Assembly: GCA_046581755.1 (NCBI GenBank)
Contig: JAYGFR010000057.1
Span: forward strand, 1 to 41,284
Origin: Nitrospinota bacterium
Lineage (GTDB): Bacteria; UBA8248
Reading direction: 5' to 3'
Length of the DNA: 41,284 bases
Under the pieces are notes generated by a model that worked only from the letters and a program-made list of their open reading frames with translations, did no database searches and was not told the origin of the DNA. The translations under genes were made by a program, and so were the position numbers. This document shows positions 1-11,105 of this stretch, one piece after another (position 1 is the stretch's first letter; the number at the start of each line of letters is the position of its first letter).

Positions 1-423
1 GGCGAGGGGCGAGAGTTTCTCGCGGGCCTCGATGGCCACGGTCCATTTTGCAAGGACGTCTTTTGTCGTGCCGGGAAGGAGGGTGTAGGTGCGGCCCTCG
101 TAGACGCCCCCGTTGCTGCCGAGCCGGGGCTCGGGACGGAAAGGAGGCGTGGTCACGATCTTGGTGGTCTGACTCACGAGAAGCTCCCCGATGGGGGGCG
201 GCCACCAGTCGAAGGTCGACGACTTGGCGCGGGTCTCCTCGCGGTGGCCGGCGTTATCGTACTCCCATATATGCATGACCCGGTTCAGATCGCCGATCTC
301 GGTGTTGAAGATACCGATCATCCGCGAGAGCTTCTGGCGCTCGTCGAAGGCTTCGTGGAATTTTTCGTAGTACTCCTGAACCGTGCCCACCTTGATCGTA
401 TAAGTCCGTATTTCGTAAATCAT
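1..423 (-). CDS. NIPSNAP family protein (two NIPSNAP-like repeats), 3' end runs off the window
   Basis: Not in the ORF track. Manual translation from ATG at 423: MIYEIRTYTIKVGTVQEYYEKF...IGIFNTEIGDLNRVMHIWEYDNAGHREETR...GGVYEGRTYTLLPG. It has the YEIRTY and N..HIW.Y NIPSNAP pattern and the start of a second repeat. AGGAGAG RBS upstream. Confidence 0.9.
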   Translation of the reverse strand, partial: MIYEIRTYTIKVGTVQEYYEKFHEAFDERQKLSRMIGIFNTEIGDLNRVMHIWEYDNAGHREETRAKSSTFDWWPPPIGELLVSQTTKIVTTPPFRPEPRLGSNGGVYEGRTYTLLPGTTKDVLAKWTVAIEAREKLSPLA

Positions 424-439
424 CCTTCTCTCCTCTCGG

Positions 440-470
440 TTGAAAATCCTCCGGATTGAAAATCCTCCGG
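440..470. repeat. 15-bp direct repeat TTGAAAATCCTCCGG x2 (16-bp period)
   Basis: Exact copies at 440-454 and 456-470, upstream of the NIPSNAP start. Confidence 0.8.
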
Positions 471-526
471 GTTAAAAAAAGCGGGAATCCAATATTCGCG
501 ATTTTCCCTTATTCACCCAGCCGTCT

Positions 527-1223
<697 letters not shown>

Positions 1224-1231
<8 letters not shown>

Positions 1232-1991
1232 GGGAGACTCCGAGATAGGCTTCGAGGACCTTGGGATCCCGGCGGACCTCGGCGGGAGTTCCCTCCGCGA
1301 TTTTAACGCCGTGGTCGATGACGATGACCCGGTCCGAGATGCCCATGACGACTTTCATGTCGTGCTCGATGAGCAGGACGGTCACGCCGCGCTCCCGGAT
1401 GGCGAGAATGAGATCGTTCAGGTCGCTTTTTTCCCGGGGGTTCATCCCCGCGGCGGGCTCGTCCAGGAGAATGACCCGCGGTTCGGTCGCCAGGGCGCGC
1501 GCGATCTCCAGCCGGCGCTGATCCCCGTAGGAGAGCGTGTCCGCCCGCGCTCCGGCGTGTGGTTCGATGCCGGCGAAGCGCATCAGCGCCATCGAAAATT
1601 CGGCGGCCGCCCGCTCCTCATTCATCACCCCGGGCGTCCGCAGGACGGCGCCGACTGGCCCGGCCCGCAGTTTTCCGTGCCGCCCCACCATCACGTTCTC
1701 CAGGACGGTCATGCCCCGGAAAATGCGGATATTCTGAAACGTCCGCGCGATGCCCAGACGCGTGACGGCGTCCGGTTTGAGGCCGACGATGCTCCCCTCA
1801 CTGAATCGCACATCGCCCGCCGCCGGTTGCATCATCCCGGTGATCACGTTGAAGGCGGTCGTCTTGCCCGCGCCATTCGGGCCGATCAGGCTCAAAATTT
1901 CACCGGGCCGCACCTCGAAACTCAGCGCATCGAGCGCCATCACGCCGCCGAAGCGCCGGGTGAGCTCCCGGCATTCGAGAAGGCCGCTCAC
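1224..1991 (-). CDS. livG: Branched-chain amino acid ABC transporter ATP-binding protein
   Basis: GPNGAGKTT, GIARTFQNIR, LSYGDQRRLEIARAL, LLDEPAAGMN. Confidence 0.95.
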
Positions 1992-3190
1992 GCTTCACCC
2001 CCGGGCCGCGGTTTTTCCCCGGCCCCCTCCATCCCGCGAGGCGGGATCACCGAGGGCGGAAGGCGCTGGCCACGCATCTTGAGAAACCCCTGTGGGCGGA
2101 GAATCATCATCAGCACCATCGACCCACCCAGGAGCATCGGGCGGTAAAGGGTCAGATCCCGCAGGGCCTCGGGCAACACGGTGAGCACCAGCGCCCCGAG
2201 GATGACGCCGGGTATGCTGCCCATGCCGCCGAGAACCACCATGCACAGGATGATCACGGATTCGAAAAAGTTAAAACTTTCGGGCGAGATGAACGTCTGC
2301 TTGGCCGCGAAAATCACCCCGCCGATTCCGGCCCAGGTGGCCCCGAAGGCGAAGGCGGTGAGCTTGGTATAGGTGATGTTGATGCCCATGCACTCGGCGG
2401 CGGTTTCGTCCTCGCGCAGCGCCGCCCAGGCGCGCCCGAGGCGGCTTCGGTCGAGGCGTCCGACGACGAACATCGTCAAAAAGCAAAGGAGGACGACGAG
2501 ATAGAAGAAATGAATCGGCTGGTAGAGCTTCATCCCTCCGATGACGGGGCGGCCGATGCCCAGAATGCCGTTCGGGCCGTTGGTCAGATCGTCCCAGTTA
2601 TTGAGAACGAGGCGGATGATCTCGCCGAAGCCCAGCGTGACGATGGCCAAGTAATCTCCCCGGAGGCGGAGAACCGGGATGCCCAGAAGCACCCCGAACA
2701 CCATCGACAGCGCGCCGCCGGCGAGGAGCGCCGGCCAGAAGGAAAGGCCTATCCAGGAGTTGAGCAAGGCGTAGGTATAGGCGCCCACGGCGTAGAAGGC
2801 GACGTAGCCCAGATCCAGCAGCCCGGCGAACCCCACCACAACGTTGAGGCCCAGGGCGAGCATGACGTAGATGCCGGTGACGACGAGAATATCCGTCGCG
2901 TAGGGATTCAGCACCCAGGGAAGCGAAAATAGAAGGAGAATGAAAACCGGCGCTATCCTTCGATCGCACGCCAGGCCGGCCGCCCGGCCCCACATCCGGC
3001 CCGACGCCCCCCCCAGGCGGCCCATCATCTCCGCCGCCGGGCCCGCCGCAAGGGCCGCCCGGAAAAGTTTTGCCGCCAGATACAGGAGCGCGCAGGCGGC
3101 TCCGATCCAGGCGGCGCCCCGGGGCCCCGAAATGGGGAACGCCAGAAAGGCAAACCAAAGGCCCACCAGCGGCACGTTCCAATAGCCCAC
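1988..3190 (-). CDS. livM: Branched-chain amino acid ABC transporter permease
   Basis: GLNVVVGFAGLLDLGYVAFY, LRLRGDYLAIVTLGFGEI. Start reset to the GTG at 3190, just after the livH stop. Confidence 0.9.
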   Translation of the reverse strand: MGYWNVPLVGLWFAFLAFPISGPRGAAWIGAACALLYLAAKLFRAALAAGPAAEMMGRLGGASGRMWGRAAGLACDRRIAPVFILLLFSLPWVLNPYATDILVVTGIYVMLALGLNVVVGFAGLLDLGYVAFYAVGAYTYALLNSWIGLSFWPALLAGGALSMVFGVLLGIPVLRLRGDYLAIVTLGFGEIIRLVLNNWDDLTNGPNGILGIGRPVIGGMKLYQPIHFFYLVVLLCFLTMFVVGRLDRSRLGRAWAALREDETAAECMGINITYTKLTAFAFGATWAGIGGVIFAAKQTFISPESFNFFESVIILCMVVLGGMGSIPGVILGALVLTVLPEALRDLTLYRPMLLGGSMVLMMILRPQGFLKMRGQRLPPSVIPPRGMEGAGEKPRPGGEA

Positions 3191-3195
3191 GGACC

Positions 3196-4101
3196 CTATC
3201 CCCTGTCCGAGCTGTCCGAGCCGCCGAGGATGCCCTGGGGCCGGAAGATGAGGAGCACCACCAAAATGGCGAAGGCGAATACATCCTTGTAGACCGCCGA
3301 AACGTAGCCCGCCCAAAAGCTTTCGAGCATGGCCAGCAGAAACCCGCCGAGCAAGGCACCCGCCACGTTTCCGATGCCCCCGAGGACGGCCGCCGTGAAC
3401 GCTTTGATCCCGGCGAGAAAGCCGATGTAGTGGTTCACGAGGCCGTAGTACATGCCCACCATCACGCCCGCGATGGCCGCGAGGGCCGAGCCGATGGCGA
3501 AGGTGGCGGCGATGACGCGGTTGACGTCCACGCCCACCAGGGAGGCCATGGTCCGGTCCTGGGCGGTGGCCCGCATGGCCTTGCCCATTCGGGTCTTCTT
3601 GATAAACAGCTGAAGGGCGGCCATGACCCCGACGGCGGTGGCGAGAATGAAAATTTGGATGCCGGAGATGTAGGCCCCCATGAAGTCGAATCCCCCGAGA
3701 TCCAGCAGGTTGGGAAAGGCCTTGTCCCTGGCCCCCTGGCCGACCTGGACATAGTTTTGAAGGAAAATGCTCATCCCGATGGCGCTGATGAGGGGCGAGA
3801 GGCGGGGAGCGCCCCGAAGGGGCCGGTAGGCGATGCGCTCCAGGGTGATTCCGTAGGCGGCGCAATAGATGATGGGAATGAGAAATACGAGAACGATGGT
3901 GAGGACGATGCTCGTCTGCGTGATGCCCATCGTCCCCAGAACCCCCAGGGTGGCGATGCCGACGTAGGCGCCGATCATGTAGATTTCGCCGTGGGCGAAA
4001 TTGATGAGCTTGAGGATGCCGTAGACCAGCGTATAGCCGAGCGCGATGAGGGCGTAGACCGAGCCGACAACGATTCCGTTGACGAGCTGCTGGGTGAACA
4101 T
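3196..4101 (-). CDS. livH: Branched-chain amino acid ABC transporter permease
   Basis: QQLVNGIVVGSVYALIALGYTLVYG, INFAHGEIYM, KAFTAAVLGGIG. Start taken as ATG 4101 with a GAAGGGA RBS. Confidence 0.93.
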   Translation of the reverse strand: MFTQQLVNGIVVGSVYALIALGYTLVYGILKLINFAHGEIYMIGAYVGIATLGVLGTMGITQTSIVLTIVLVFLIPIIYCAAYGITLERIAYRPLRGAPRLSPLISAIGMSIFLQNYVQVGQGARDKAFPNLLDLGGFDFMGAYISGIQIFILATAVGVMAALQLFIKKTRMGKAMRATAQDRTMASLVGVDVNRVIAATFAIGSALAAIAGVMVGMYYGLVNHYIGFLAGIKAFTAAVLGGIGNVAGALLGGFLLAMLESFWAGYVSAVYKDVFAFAILVVLLIFRPQGILGGSDSSDRG

Positions 4102-4126
4102 GAACGTCCCTTCGGCAGTCATTGGG

Positions 4127-4158
4127 AAAAAGGGGGAAGACCTTTCAGCCTCCCCCCC
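4127..4158 (-). terminator. Intrinsic terminator/stabilising hairpin between livK and livH
   Basis: Minus strand GGGGGGAGGC-TGAAAG-GTCTTCCCCC followed by TTTTT. Confidence 0.65.
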
Positions 4159-4185
4159 GGATTACCGAATCAAGAACCACAGCGG

Positions 4186-5316
4186 TTAATTGAGCTGGAC
4201 AAATTTGCCCCCCTTGACCTGCCAGAAAACATAGGGACTCTCCAGCACATCGCCCTTTTTGTTGAACTGGATTTTCCCCAATGCGGTCGCCCAGGTTTTG
4301 CTCCGCAAGTGGGCCGCAATTTTTTTCCCCTTGGTGGAGCCCGTCTCTGCGATCGAGGCCAGGATCATGTTCGCCGCAACATAGCTGTAGATCGTGTAGG
4401 CGCCCACCTCTTTTCCGAACCGTTTGCGGTGCATCTGGATCACATTTTTGGCCTCGGGAATTTTGTTCTGATCCGGAGAAAATGACAGATAGGTGCCCTC
4501 GGCGGATTTGCCGGCGATTTTATAGAATTCATCCACAAAAACGCCGTCGCCGGACATGAAGTCGGCCTTGATGCCCAGCCGCTCGCGCATCTGCTTGACC
4601 AGCAAGATAGCCTCCGGATGGATTCCGCCGAAATACACGACTTCGGGCTTTTTCTGCTTCATCGCCGTGAGAACGGGCGAGAAATCCTTGTCCCCCTGGA
4701 TGATGCCGCTGTAGAAAACCGGCTTGACCCCCTTGAGCGCGAGAAAACGCTTGGTTTCGTTGGCGAGGCCCTGGCCGTAGGTGGTTTTATCGTGAAGGAT
4801 CGCCACCCGCTTTTTGCCCAGCTTATCGACGATGAAATCGGCGGCCACCTGGCCCTGCTGATCGTCTCGTCCACAGACGCGGAATACGGTGGAGAACCCT
4901 TGTTCGGTCAGCTTCGGGTTGGTCGAGGCGGGCGTGATCTGAACGACGCCGGCCTCGGCGTAGACGGTCGAAGCCGGAATGGAAACCGAGCTGTTGAAAT
5001 GGCCCACGACGCCGACGACCCCGGAATTCACGAATTTATGCGCGATGGAGACACCCTCGCGGGGGTCGTGCCTGTCGTCGCCCCAGATGATTTCCACCTT
5101 CATTTTCTTGCCGCCGACGGTGACGCCGCCCCGGTTGTTCCACTCCGATACGGCGAGGAGCACGCCGTTTTTGAGCATATCACCGAAGGCCGCCTGATCC
5201 CCCGTCAACGGGCCGGCGACGCCGATTTTTATCGCCGCCGCTCTCGCCCCCGAAGGAGCGGCAAGGAGTGCCATGAAAACCACAAGACCGGCTGCGCGCA
5301 ACGCCATTCGGAACAT
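4186..5316 (-). CDS. livK: Branched-chain amino acid ABC transporter substrate-binding protein
   Basis: Signal peptide, IKIGVAGPLTG, VVGHFNSSVS, ITPASTNP, HDKTTYGQGLA. Confidence 0.93.
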   Translation of the reverse strand: MFRMALRAAGLVVFMALLAAPSGARAAAIKIGVAGPLTGDQAAFGDMLKNGVLLAVSEWNNRGGVTVGGKKMKVEIIWGDDRHDPREGVSIAHKFVNSGVVGVVGHFNSSVSIPASTVYAEAGVVQITPASTNPKLTEQGFSTVFRVCGRDDQQGQVAADFIVDKLGKKRVAILHDKTTYGQGLANETKRFLALKGVKPVFYSGIIQGDKDFSPVLTAMKQKKPEVVYFGGIHPEAILLVKQMRERLGIKADFMSGDGVFVDEFYKIAGKSAEGTYLSFSPDQNKIPEAKNVIQMHRKRFGKEVGAYTIYSYVAANMILASIAETGSTKGKKIAAHLRSKTWATALGKIQFNKKGDVLESPYVFWQVKGGKFVQLN

Positions 5317-5448
5317 TTTTCACCTCCGCCTATTCCGTCCACTGGATGAACTGAAATTCAATTCGGTTCCGCCGGATGCGCCGGACCATCGCCGAAAACG
5401 GCGCACCCATTTGTATTTCGGGCGGAAACACCACAAGGAATTGAGAAA

Positions 5449-5476
5449 ATCATATCATGCGGCATGAAGAAGGCAA
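5449..5476 (-). promoter_or_regulatory. Putative sigma70 promoter of the liv operon with a palindrome in the spacer
   Basis: Minus strand TTGCCT-16 nt-TATGAT with an extended -10 TG. The spacer contains the perfect inverted repeat TCATGC-N-GCATGA (5455-5467). Confidence 0.5.
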
Positions 5477-5514
5477 GGAGGTTCTTCCCTCGAAAAAAGG
5501 AACCAAGCCCCCGC

Positions 5515-6081
5515 TCAGGGCGCTTTCACCCGCTCGATGTAGTCCCCCGTCCGGGTGTCGATTTTGAGCACATCGCCTTCGTTCAAAAACAGGGGGACGG
5601 TAACCGAGGCGCCCGTCTCGACCTCGGCCGGCTTGGTGCCGCCCGCGGCCGTGTCGCCCTTCACGCCGGGCTCGGTCTTGGTGATGGCCAGCTCCACGAA
5701 GGTGGGAAGTTCCACCGAGATGGGCGCGCCATTGTAGAACGTGATGTCGCAAATGGATTCCTCTTTCAGCCATTTGACGCTCTCGCCGATATCGTCCCGG
5801 TGCAACGATGTTTGCTCATAGTCGGAGGTATCCATGAAAACGTACATTTCCCCGTCGCGGTAGAGGTACTGCATCTCTTTTTGATCGATATCGGGGGTAC
5901 CCACCGACTCTCCCGAACGGAAGGTTTTTTCGAGGACGCGCCCCGTCTTGAGGTTTTTCAACTTCGTCCGGACAAACGCGCCGCCCTTTCCCGGCTTGAC
6001 GTGCTGAAATTCGACCATGACAAACGGTACGCCATCCAGCTCGATTTTGAGCCCGTTCCTGAAATCGCTCGTCGAGGGCAT
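5515..6081 (-). CDS. efp: Elongation factor P
   Basis: [45 protein letters not shown]. Confidence 0.98.
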   Translation of the reverse strand: MPSTSDFRNGLKIELDGVPFVMVEFQHVKPGKGGAFVRTKLKNLKTGRVLEKTFRSGESVGTPDIDQKEMQYLYRDGEMYVFMDTSDYEQTSLHRDDIGESVKWLKEESICDITFYNGAPISVELPTFVELAITKTEPGVKGDTAAGGTKPAEVETGASVTVPLFLNEGDVLKIDTRTGDYIERVKAP

Positions 6082-6111
6082 CCGCCTTCAACCTCCTTGC
6101 CATTCAGCGCT

Positions 6112-7182
6112 TTATAAAATGACCAGTTCCTTGGAAATAGACCGGGTGAGCACTTCCCTCCCCTTTTCGGTCACGATCACCATATCCTCGATTCGCACCC
6201 CGCCCCAACCGGGAAGATATATGCCCGGCTCGATCGTCACCACCATGCCCGGCTCCAGCTTGTCCTTCACGCCCGGCGCCAGGCGCGGGCCCTCGTGAAT
6301 ATCCAGGCCGACCCCGTGGCCCGTTCCGTGGCCGAAGAATTCTCCGTAGCCCGCCTCCCGGATGATGTCCCGGGCGGCGGCGTCCACCTTTTCGCCCTCC
6401 ACGCCAGGGCGAACCGCGTTCACCGCCGCGATCTGCGCTTTGAGTACAATTTCGTATATATCGCGCCCTTTCCGGAAGGGCCTTCCGAGTGAAAAAACCC
6501 GGGTCGTGTCGGCGTGATAGCCGCCCACAACCGCGCCGTAATCGATGGTGATCAGGTCTCCCCGGCGCATTTTCCGGGACGAGGCCACCCCGTGCGGCAA
6601 TGCCCCCCGGGGACCCGAAGCCACGATGAAATCGAAAGAGGCCCCGGACGCCCCTCTCCGGCGCATGGCCATCTCCAGGGCCAGGGCCACTTCTTCCTCG
6701 CGCACGCCGGGGCGCATCATCTTTGCAATTTCGAGGAGCCCCTCGCGGTTGACCTTCGCCCCCTTGCGAAGGAGGCGGAGTTCTCGCCCATCCTTGCGCA
6801 GGCGAAGGCGCTCGATGAGGTCCGAGACCGGCTCCAAGCGAATCCCCTTGGCTTCCCCTTTGAGGCGCCGGAACAGCAAATAGGTAAGCCGCGCCTCCTC
6901 GAATCCCAGCTTTTTCACCCCCCTCTTTTTGGCCTCGGCCGCGATGCCGGGGATGGGGTGAGTGTGCTCGTGGAACCGGAACGGCTCCGCCACCTCGCAG
7001 GCGGCCTGGGATCGATACCTGAAATCCGAGACGAAAACGGCGGCGCGCGGCGTAACGAGGCATCCGCCCGCCGAACCGGTGAACCCCGTCAGATAGCGGA
7101 CGTTCCGGAGATCGGTCACGGCCAGGGCCGGAAGCCCTTCCTTGCGCATCGCGCGCCGAAGGGCGGACAGCCGCCCTCTCAC
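6112..7182 (-). CDS. pepP: Xaa-Pro aminopeptidase (M24B)
   Basis: [62 protein letters not shown] start overlaps the aroQ TGA. Confidence 0.9.
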   Translation of the reverse strand: MRGRLSALRRAMRKEGLPALAVTDLRNVRYLTGFTGSAGGCLVTPRAAVFVSDFRYRSQAACEVAEPFRFHEHTHPIPGIAAEAKKRGVKKLGFEEARLTYLLFRRLKGEAKGIRLEPVSDLIERLRLRKDGRELRLLRKGAKVNREGLLEIAKMMRPGVREEEVALALEMAMRRRGASGASFDFIVASGPRGALPHGVASSRKMRRGDLITIDYGAVVGGYHADTTRVFSLGRPFRKGRDIYEIVLKAQIAAVNAVRPGVEGEKVDAAARDIIREAGYGEFFGHGTGHGVGLDIHEGPRLAPGVKDKLEPGMVVTIEPGIYLPGWGGVRIEDMVIVTEKGREVLTRSISKELVIL

Positions 7183-7679
7183 CGATCGGCCCCGGGAGGA
7201 AACCCGGTCCCCCTCACATCGCGATCGATGGCCGCCCGCAGGGCCGAGAGATAGCCGTACATGCCCAGTCCGATGAACGAGCCGGCGACGACGGGACCGA
7301 TCATCGATCGGTGGCGAAAATCCTCGCGCGCCAGCACGTTGGAAATATGGACTTCGTAGACGGGGAGCTTGAGGCCCCCGATGGCGTCCCTGAGCACCAC
7401 GCTCGTGTGCGTGTATCCGCCCGGATTGAAGATGCAGGCGGCGCACTCCCCTCCCGGCGGAAGGTCCTGCTCGGGAGGTTTCACCCCGGCGGCGCGCTGA
7501 AGGGCATCCACCAACTCCCCCTCCACGTTGGATTGAAAACAATCCAGATCGACGCCCTCCGCCTGGGCGGCCGCGCGGAGGGCCTCCTCCAGTTCGGCCA
7601 GCGTCGTTCCGCCGTACACCTCGGGTTCCCGCAACCCGAGGAGATTTAAATTCGCGCCGTTGAGCAATAAAATTCGCAC
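7179..7679 (-). CDS. aroQ: Type II 3-dehydroquinate dehydratase
   Basis: LLNGANLNLLGLREPEVYG, FQSNVEGEL, NPGGYTHTS, EVHISN, REDFRH. GTG start at 7679 with RBS. Confidence 0.93.
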   Translation of the reverse strand: MRILLLNGANLNLLGLREPEVYGGTTLAELEEALRAAAQAEGVDLDCFQSNVEGELVDALQRAAGVKPPEQDLPPGGECAACIFNPGGYTHTSVVLRDAIGGLKLPVYEVHISNVLAREDFRHRSMIGPVVAGSFIGLGMYGYLSALRAAIDRDVRGTGFPPGADR

Positions 7680-7775
7680 CCGATTCCCTTTCCAATAACC
7701 CATTTCAAACGAAGAGCGATCGTAGGCCAGCCGCCGCCGAAGCGTCAACGATCTGCGTGCGGGAGAGAGCGAAAG

Positions 7776-8873
7776 CTACCGGGCGGGAGGGCCTCCGGCC
7801 AACGCGGCCCGCCACCCCGCCGGGGGCACATCCTGGCCCGTTTGCACCTGGCCGATTTTTTCCATGAGGACGAATTTCGGAAGCCCCCCTCGGGTCTTCT
7901 TGTCGCGGGCCAGCGCGGCCTTCAGTGCGCGGCCGCTCGGGGGGGTCCGCATCGAGGTGGGGAGGCCGAACCGCCCCAACAGAGCGGCCAGACGGGACGC
8001 GTCGCCATCGCTGCATTTCCCCGCCGAGGCGGAGAGCCGCGCCGCCGCCGCCATGCCGATCGCCACCGCTTCTCCGTGCAGCATCCGGTTCGAGTAACCC
8101 GCCATCCACTCCACGGCATGGCCCAGCGTGTGGCCGAAGTTGAGGGTCTGGCGAAGGCCCGCTTCAAGTTCATCGGCTTCGACGACACGCGCCTTGATTC
8201 TGCAATTCACGGCAACGACGTGCTCCATGGTCGGCACCTCCCGCCGGAGCACTTTGGCGGCGTTTTTTTCGAGGTACGCGAAAAAACGCCGGTCCGCGAT
8301 GGCGGCATGCTTGACCACTTCGGCGAGGCCCGCGCGGAATTGACGCTCCGGAAGCGTGGCCAGGGCGCCCAGCTCGGCGATGACCGCCGAGGGCTGATAA
8401 AAGGCGCCGATCAGGTTTTTTCCCGATGGATGATCGACGGCCGTCTTTCCCCCGACACCGCTGTCCACCTGGGCCAGCAAGGTGGTGGGCACCTGGATAT
8501 ACGGCATCCCCCGCAGGTAGGTGGCCGCCGCGAAACCGGCGAGATCGCCGACCACCCCGCCGCCCAGGGCGACAATGCCGCATCCGCGCTCCATCCGGAG
8601 GGCGGCGAGCTTGTCGAATATTTTCGATAGCTGGGAGATCGATTTGCTCCGCTCCCCGGCCGGCACGGCGAAAAGCGAGGCTTCGCACCCGGCCCGGGCG
8701 AGCGCCTTCAGGACCCCCGGCCCCTGGAGCGGGGAGACATTCCGGTCGGTGACAACGAGCGCCCTTCCGCCAGGGAAAAACCGGCCCGCCTCCTCGCCGA
8801 TGATTTTGAGAATGCCCTTGCCGATCGAGATCGAATAGCTCCTGTCCCCGAAATGGACACGAACCTTTTTCAT
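7776..8873 (-). CDS. aroB: 3-dehydroquinate synthase
   Basis: ALGGGVVGDLAGFAAATYLRG, VPTTLLAQVDSGVGGKTAV, KNLIGAFYQP, LNFGHTLGHA. Confidence 0.97.
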   Translation of the reverse strand: MKKVRVHFGDRSYSISIGKGILKIIGEEAGRFFPGGRALVVTDRNVSPLQGPGVLKALARAGCEASLFAVPAGERSKSISQLSKIFDKLAALRMERGCGIVALGGGVVGDLAGFAAATYLRGMPYIQVPTTLLAQVDSGVGGKTAVDHPSGKNLIGAFYQPSAVIAELGALATLPERQFRAGLAEVVKHAAIADRRFFAYLEKNAAKVLRREVPTMEHVVAVNCRIKARVVEADELEAGLRQTLNFGHTLGHAVEWMAGYSNRMLHGEAVAIGMAAAARLSASAGKCSDGDASRLAALLGRFGLPTSMRTPPSGRALKAALARDKKTRGGLPKFVLMEKIGQVQTGQDVPPAGWRAALAGGPPAR

Positions 8874-9925
8874 GCCGACGCCAATGCGCGGTAGGCAAGC
8901 CCGGCCCCGGTCGCGGCGATGGGCCCGAGGCTCTCGATGAAATCCGGATCGAAGGCGCCGTCCGGGATCTCCACCTTCCGGAACGGCTGGGCGAACTCCA
9001 CCGGGATATCCAGCGAGGCGGCCAGAAAGGAGGGAAGCCCGTCTAGGTGGACTCCGCCGCCGCTCAACACCATCCGGAGGATTTGATCCATGGGATGAAT
9101 CTGGGAGTGCATCTGACAGGTCCGGCCCACCTCGCGCGCGAGGCGCTCAACCTCTTTGCGGATGGCCTCGGACACCGCCCGGGGGCTGGGCGAGGGCCGG
9201 GTCCCCAGTTTGATGCCCTCGGCTTCGAGGCGCGATACGCTCAGGCTCTCGCCGATGGTCTGGGTAATCTGTTCCCCGCCAAAGGGGATCAGGCGCGTCA
9301 TCAGGGTCCGGCTTCCCTGGATGATATGAACCAGGGTCTCCGAGGCGCCGATGTCCACCAGCGCGGTCGGATCACCGTCCTGGTCCACGCCCGAAAGAGT
9401 ATAGGCGCTTTCAATCGCCAGGAGATTGAGGTCCACCAGCATCGGCTCGAATTTCAGATGCTTGAACAGATCGACGGCATCGCGAACCGCCTTTTTCTTG
9501 ACGGCGATGATTAGGTATTCATCCATCATTTCGCCGTCGATTTCGACTTGCCTGAGCCGCTGACGGCGGAGGCGGGTCTCATCGATGGGAAAGGGCAGCA
9601 TTTGTGCGACCTCGGCCTCCACGGCCTCGGCGAGCGCGGGACCTTCGGCCGGAGGGATATGAATAGTATTTACGATGGCCGAACCGCCCGATAGGCCGAC
9701 CGCCACCCTCTTTTCCTTGATCTTTTCGGCCGTCACCAGTTCCTCGACCGCGCGCATCACCTCTTCATGCTCTCGCACTTCGCCATCGGCGACCGCGCCA
9801 TAGGCGAGAGAGGCCATCCCCAGCCGGGCAAGGACAAGCCCTTTTTTGCCCTGGACCAACTGGACCAACTTGACGGCGTGGCTGCCGATATCGATGGCGA
9901 GAGGAAAACTTTTTTTACGAAACAC
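8870..9925 (-). CDS. pilM: Type IV pilus assembly protein PilM (actin-like)
   Basis: LAIDIGSHAVKLV, ALVDIGA, IPFGGEQIT, LSGGG, GLA near the C-terminus. Confidence 0.85.
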   Translation of the reverse strand: MFRKKSFPLAIDIGSHAVKLVQLVQGKKGLVLARLGMASLAYGAVADGEVREHEEVMRAVEELVTAEKIKEKRVAVGLSGGSAIVNTIHIPPAEGPALAEAVEAEVAQMLPFPIDETRLRRQRLRQVEIDGEMMDEYLIIAVKKKAVRDAVDLFKHLKFEPMLVDLNLLAIESAYTLSGVDQDGDPTALVDIGASETLVHIIQGSRTLMTRLIPFGGEQITQTIGESLSVSRLEAEGIKLGTRPSPSPRAVSEAIRKEVERLAREVGRTCQMHSQIHPMDQILRMVLSGGGVHLDGLPSFLAASLDIPVEFAQPFRKVEIPDGAFDPDFIESLGPIAATGAGLAYRALASA

Positions 9926-9949
9926 GGTCTCGGGTCCGGACGGGAAGGG

Positions 9950-10945
9950 TTACCATGGAATATAGATGGGCACCCATGTAAAAGTCAGCAACATCAATAC
10001 CATACACGAGCATCCCAGTAAAATCCGCCCTCGACCCAGCGATTCATCCGGCTCCCAGAGCGGGTAGCGCCGCCGGCGGCCCATGAACAGAGCCACGGTC
10101 GCCCAGAGGAGCCAGCCCGGCCACCAGTAGGACAATCCGAGCAGAATCACCCCCGCCGCGATCGAAATGGTCCGGTGCCACCGGGTCAAAAGAGTATAGA
10201 CGATATGCCCCCCGTCGAGCTGGCCCGCGGGAATCAGATTCAGCGAGGTCACGAGAAATCCGCACCACCCCGCGAAGGCCACCGGGTGAAGGCCTATGCT
10301 CTCTCCAATGCCTTGGGAACCCAGAACGGTCCATCCCGCCGCTTGAAACAGGAGAGAGGAGCCAAGGCCCAATCCATGGCCCCCGCCCAAGCCTCCCACC
10401 CGGACAATTTCCGACATCGAGAGTCCGATCAAGGTGGCCGGCAGGGCGACCGCCATTCCCGCCAAAGGACCCGCCACCGCCACGTCCAGCAAGGCCTTTC
10501 GGCTCAAAATTAGACTCTTGATCCGAATTACGGCCCCGAAGGTGCCGAACAGAGTGGCGGGCGCCGGAATAAAATAGGGCAGCGTGGCCTGGATTCCCCA
10601 GGCCCGGGTGGCGAAATAATGACCCAGTTCATGAGCGCCCAGTATGAGAAGCAACGTCCCCGAAAAGGGAAGCCCATGGACGAGCAAGGCCGGATTCGCC
10701 CAAACGGCGGAGAGTGAAATATTCAGCTGCATGGCCCCGGCCGCAAGCGTCGTCAGGCAGGTCAGGAGGAATAGAAGGACCGGGAGCCAGATTCTTAAAT
10801 GAAGAGAAGGAAACCGAAGGCGGGTCTTTTCCCGAACGGGGGGAGCGGAATAGCGCCCGCCCCTGAAGCCGTTTTGATCCCGCACGGGAGCGGGCCATCT
10901 CAAAGGGTCCGGCGGCGTCCCCGCGGGATTCGACTCCATAGGCAA
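9950..10945 (-). CDS. Site-2 intramembrane metalloprotease (M50)
   Basis: HELGH, TLPYFIP, GTFGAVI, AGPLAG, NLIPAGQLDGGH and multiple transmembrane segments. Confidence 0.9.
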   Translation of the reverse strand: MPMESNPAGTPPDPLRWPAPVRDQNGFRGGRYSAPPVREKTRLRFPSLHLRIWLPVLLFLLTCLTTLAAGAMQLNISLSAVWANPALLVHGLPFSGTLLLILGAHELGHYFATRAWGIQATLPYFIPAPATLFGTFGAVIRIKSLILSRKALLDVAVAGPLAGMAVALPATLIGLSMSEIVRVGGLGGGHGLGLGSSLLFQAAGWTVLGSQGIGESIGLHPVAFAGWCGFLVTSLNLIPAGQLDGGHIVYTLLTRWHRTISIAAGVILLGLSYWWPGWLLWATVALFMGRRRRYPLWEPDESLGRGRILLGCSCMVLMLLTFTWVPIYIPW

Positions 10946-11105
10946 ATTCCCTCCTTAAATTAACGGTTTGAGACTACCGCGCACCCCGTTCATGCGCAAA
11001 CGCATGCGGTTCATGATTAAATTCCTCCGCGAAATCCGAAATGGCCAGGAGCCGCGCTTGACGGTCCGGATGGGCAGATGGATTTTTTCTTCGTATGATA
11101 GGGCC

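Noticed and set aside
3191..3865. Long N-terminal extensions of livM (and similarly pepP and ctpA) in the ORF track
   Set aside because: These are out-of-frame overlaps with upstream genes, typical of high-GC DNA. Better starts exist at the gene junctions.
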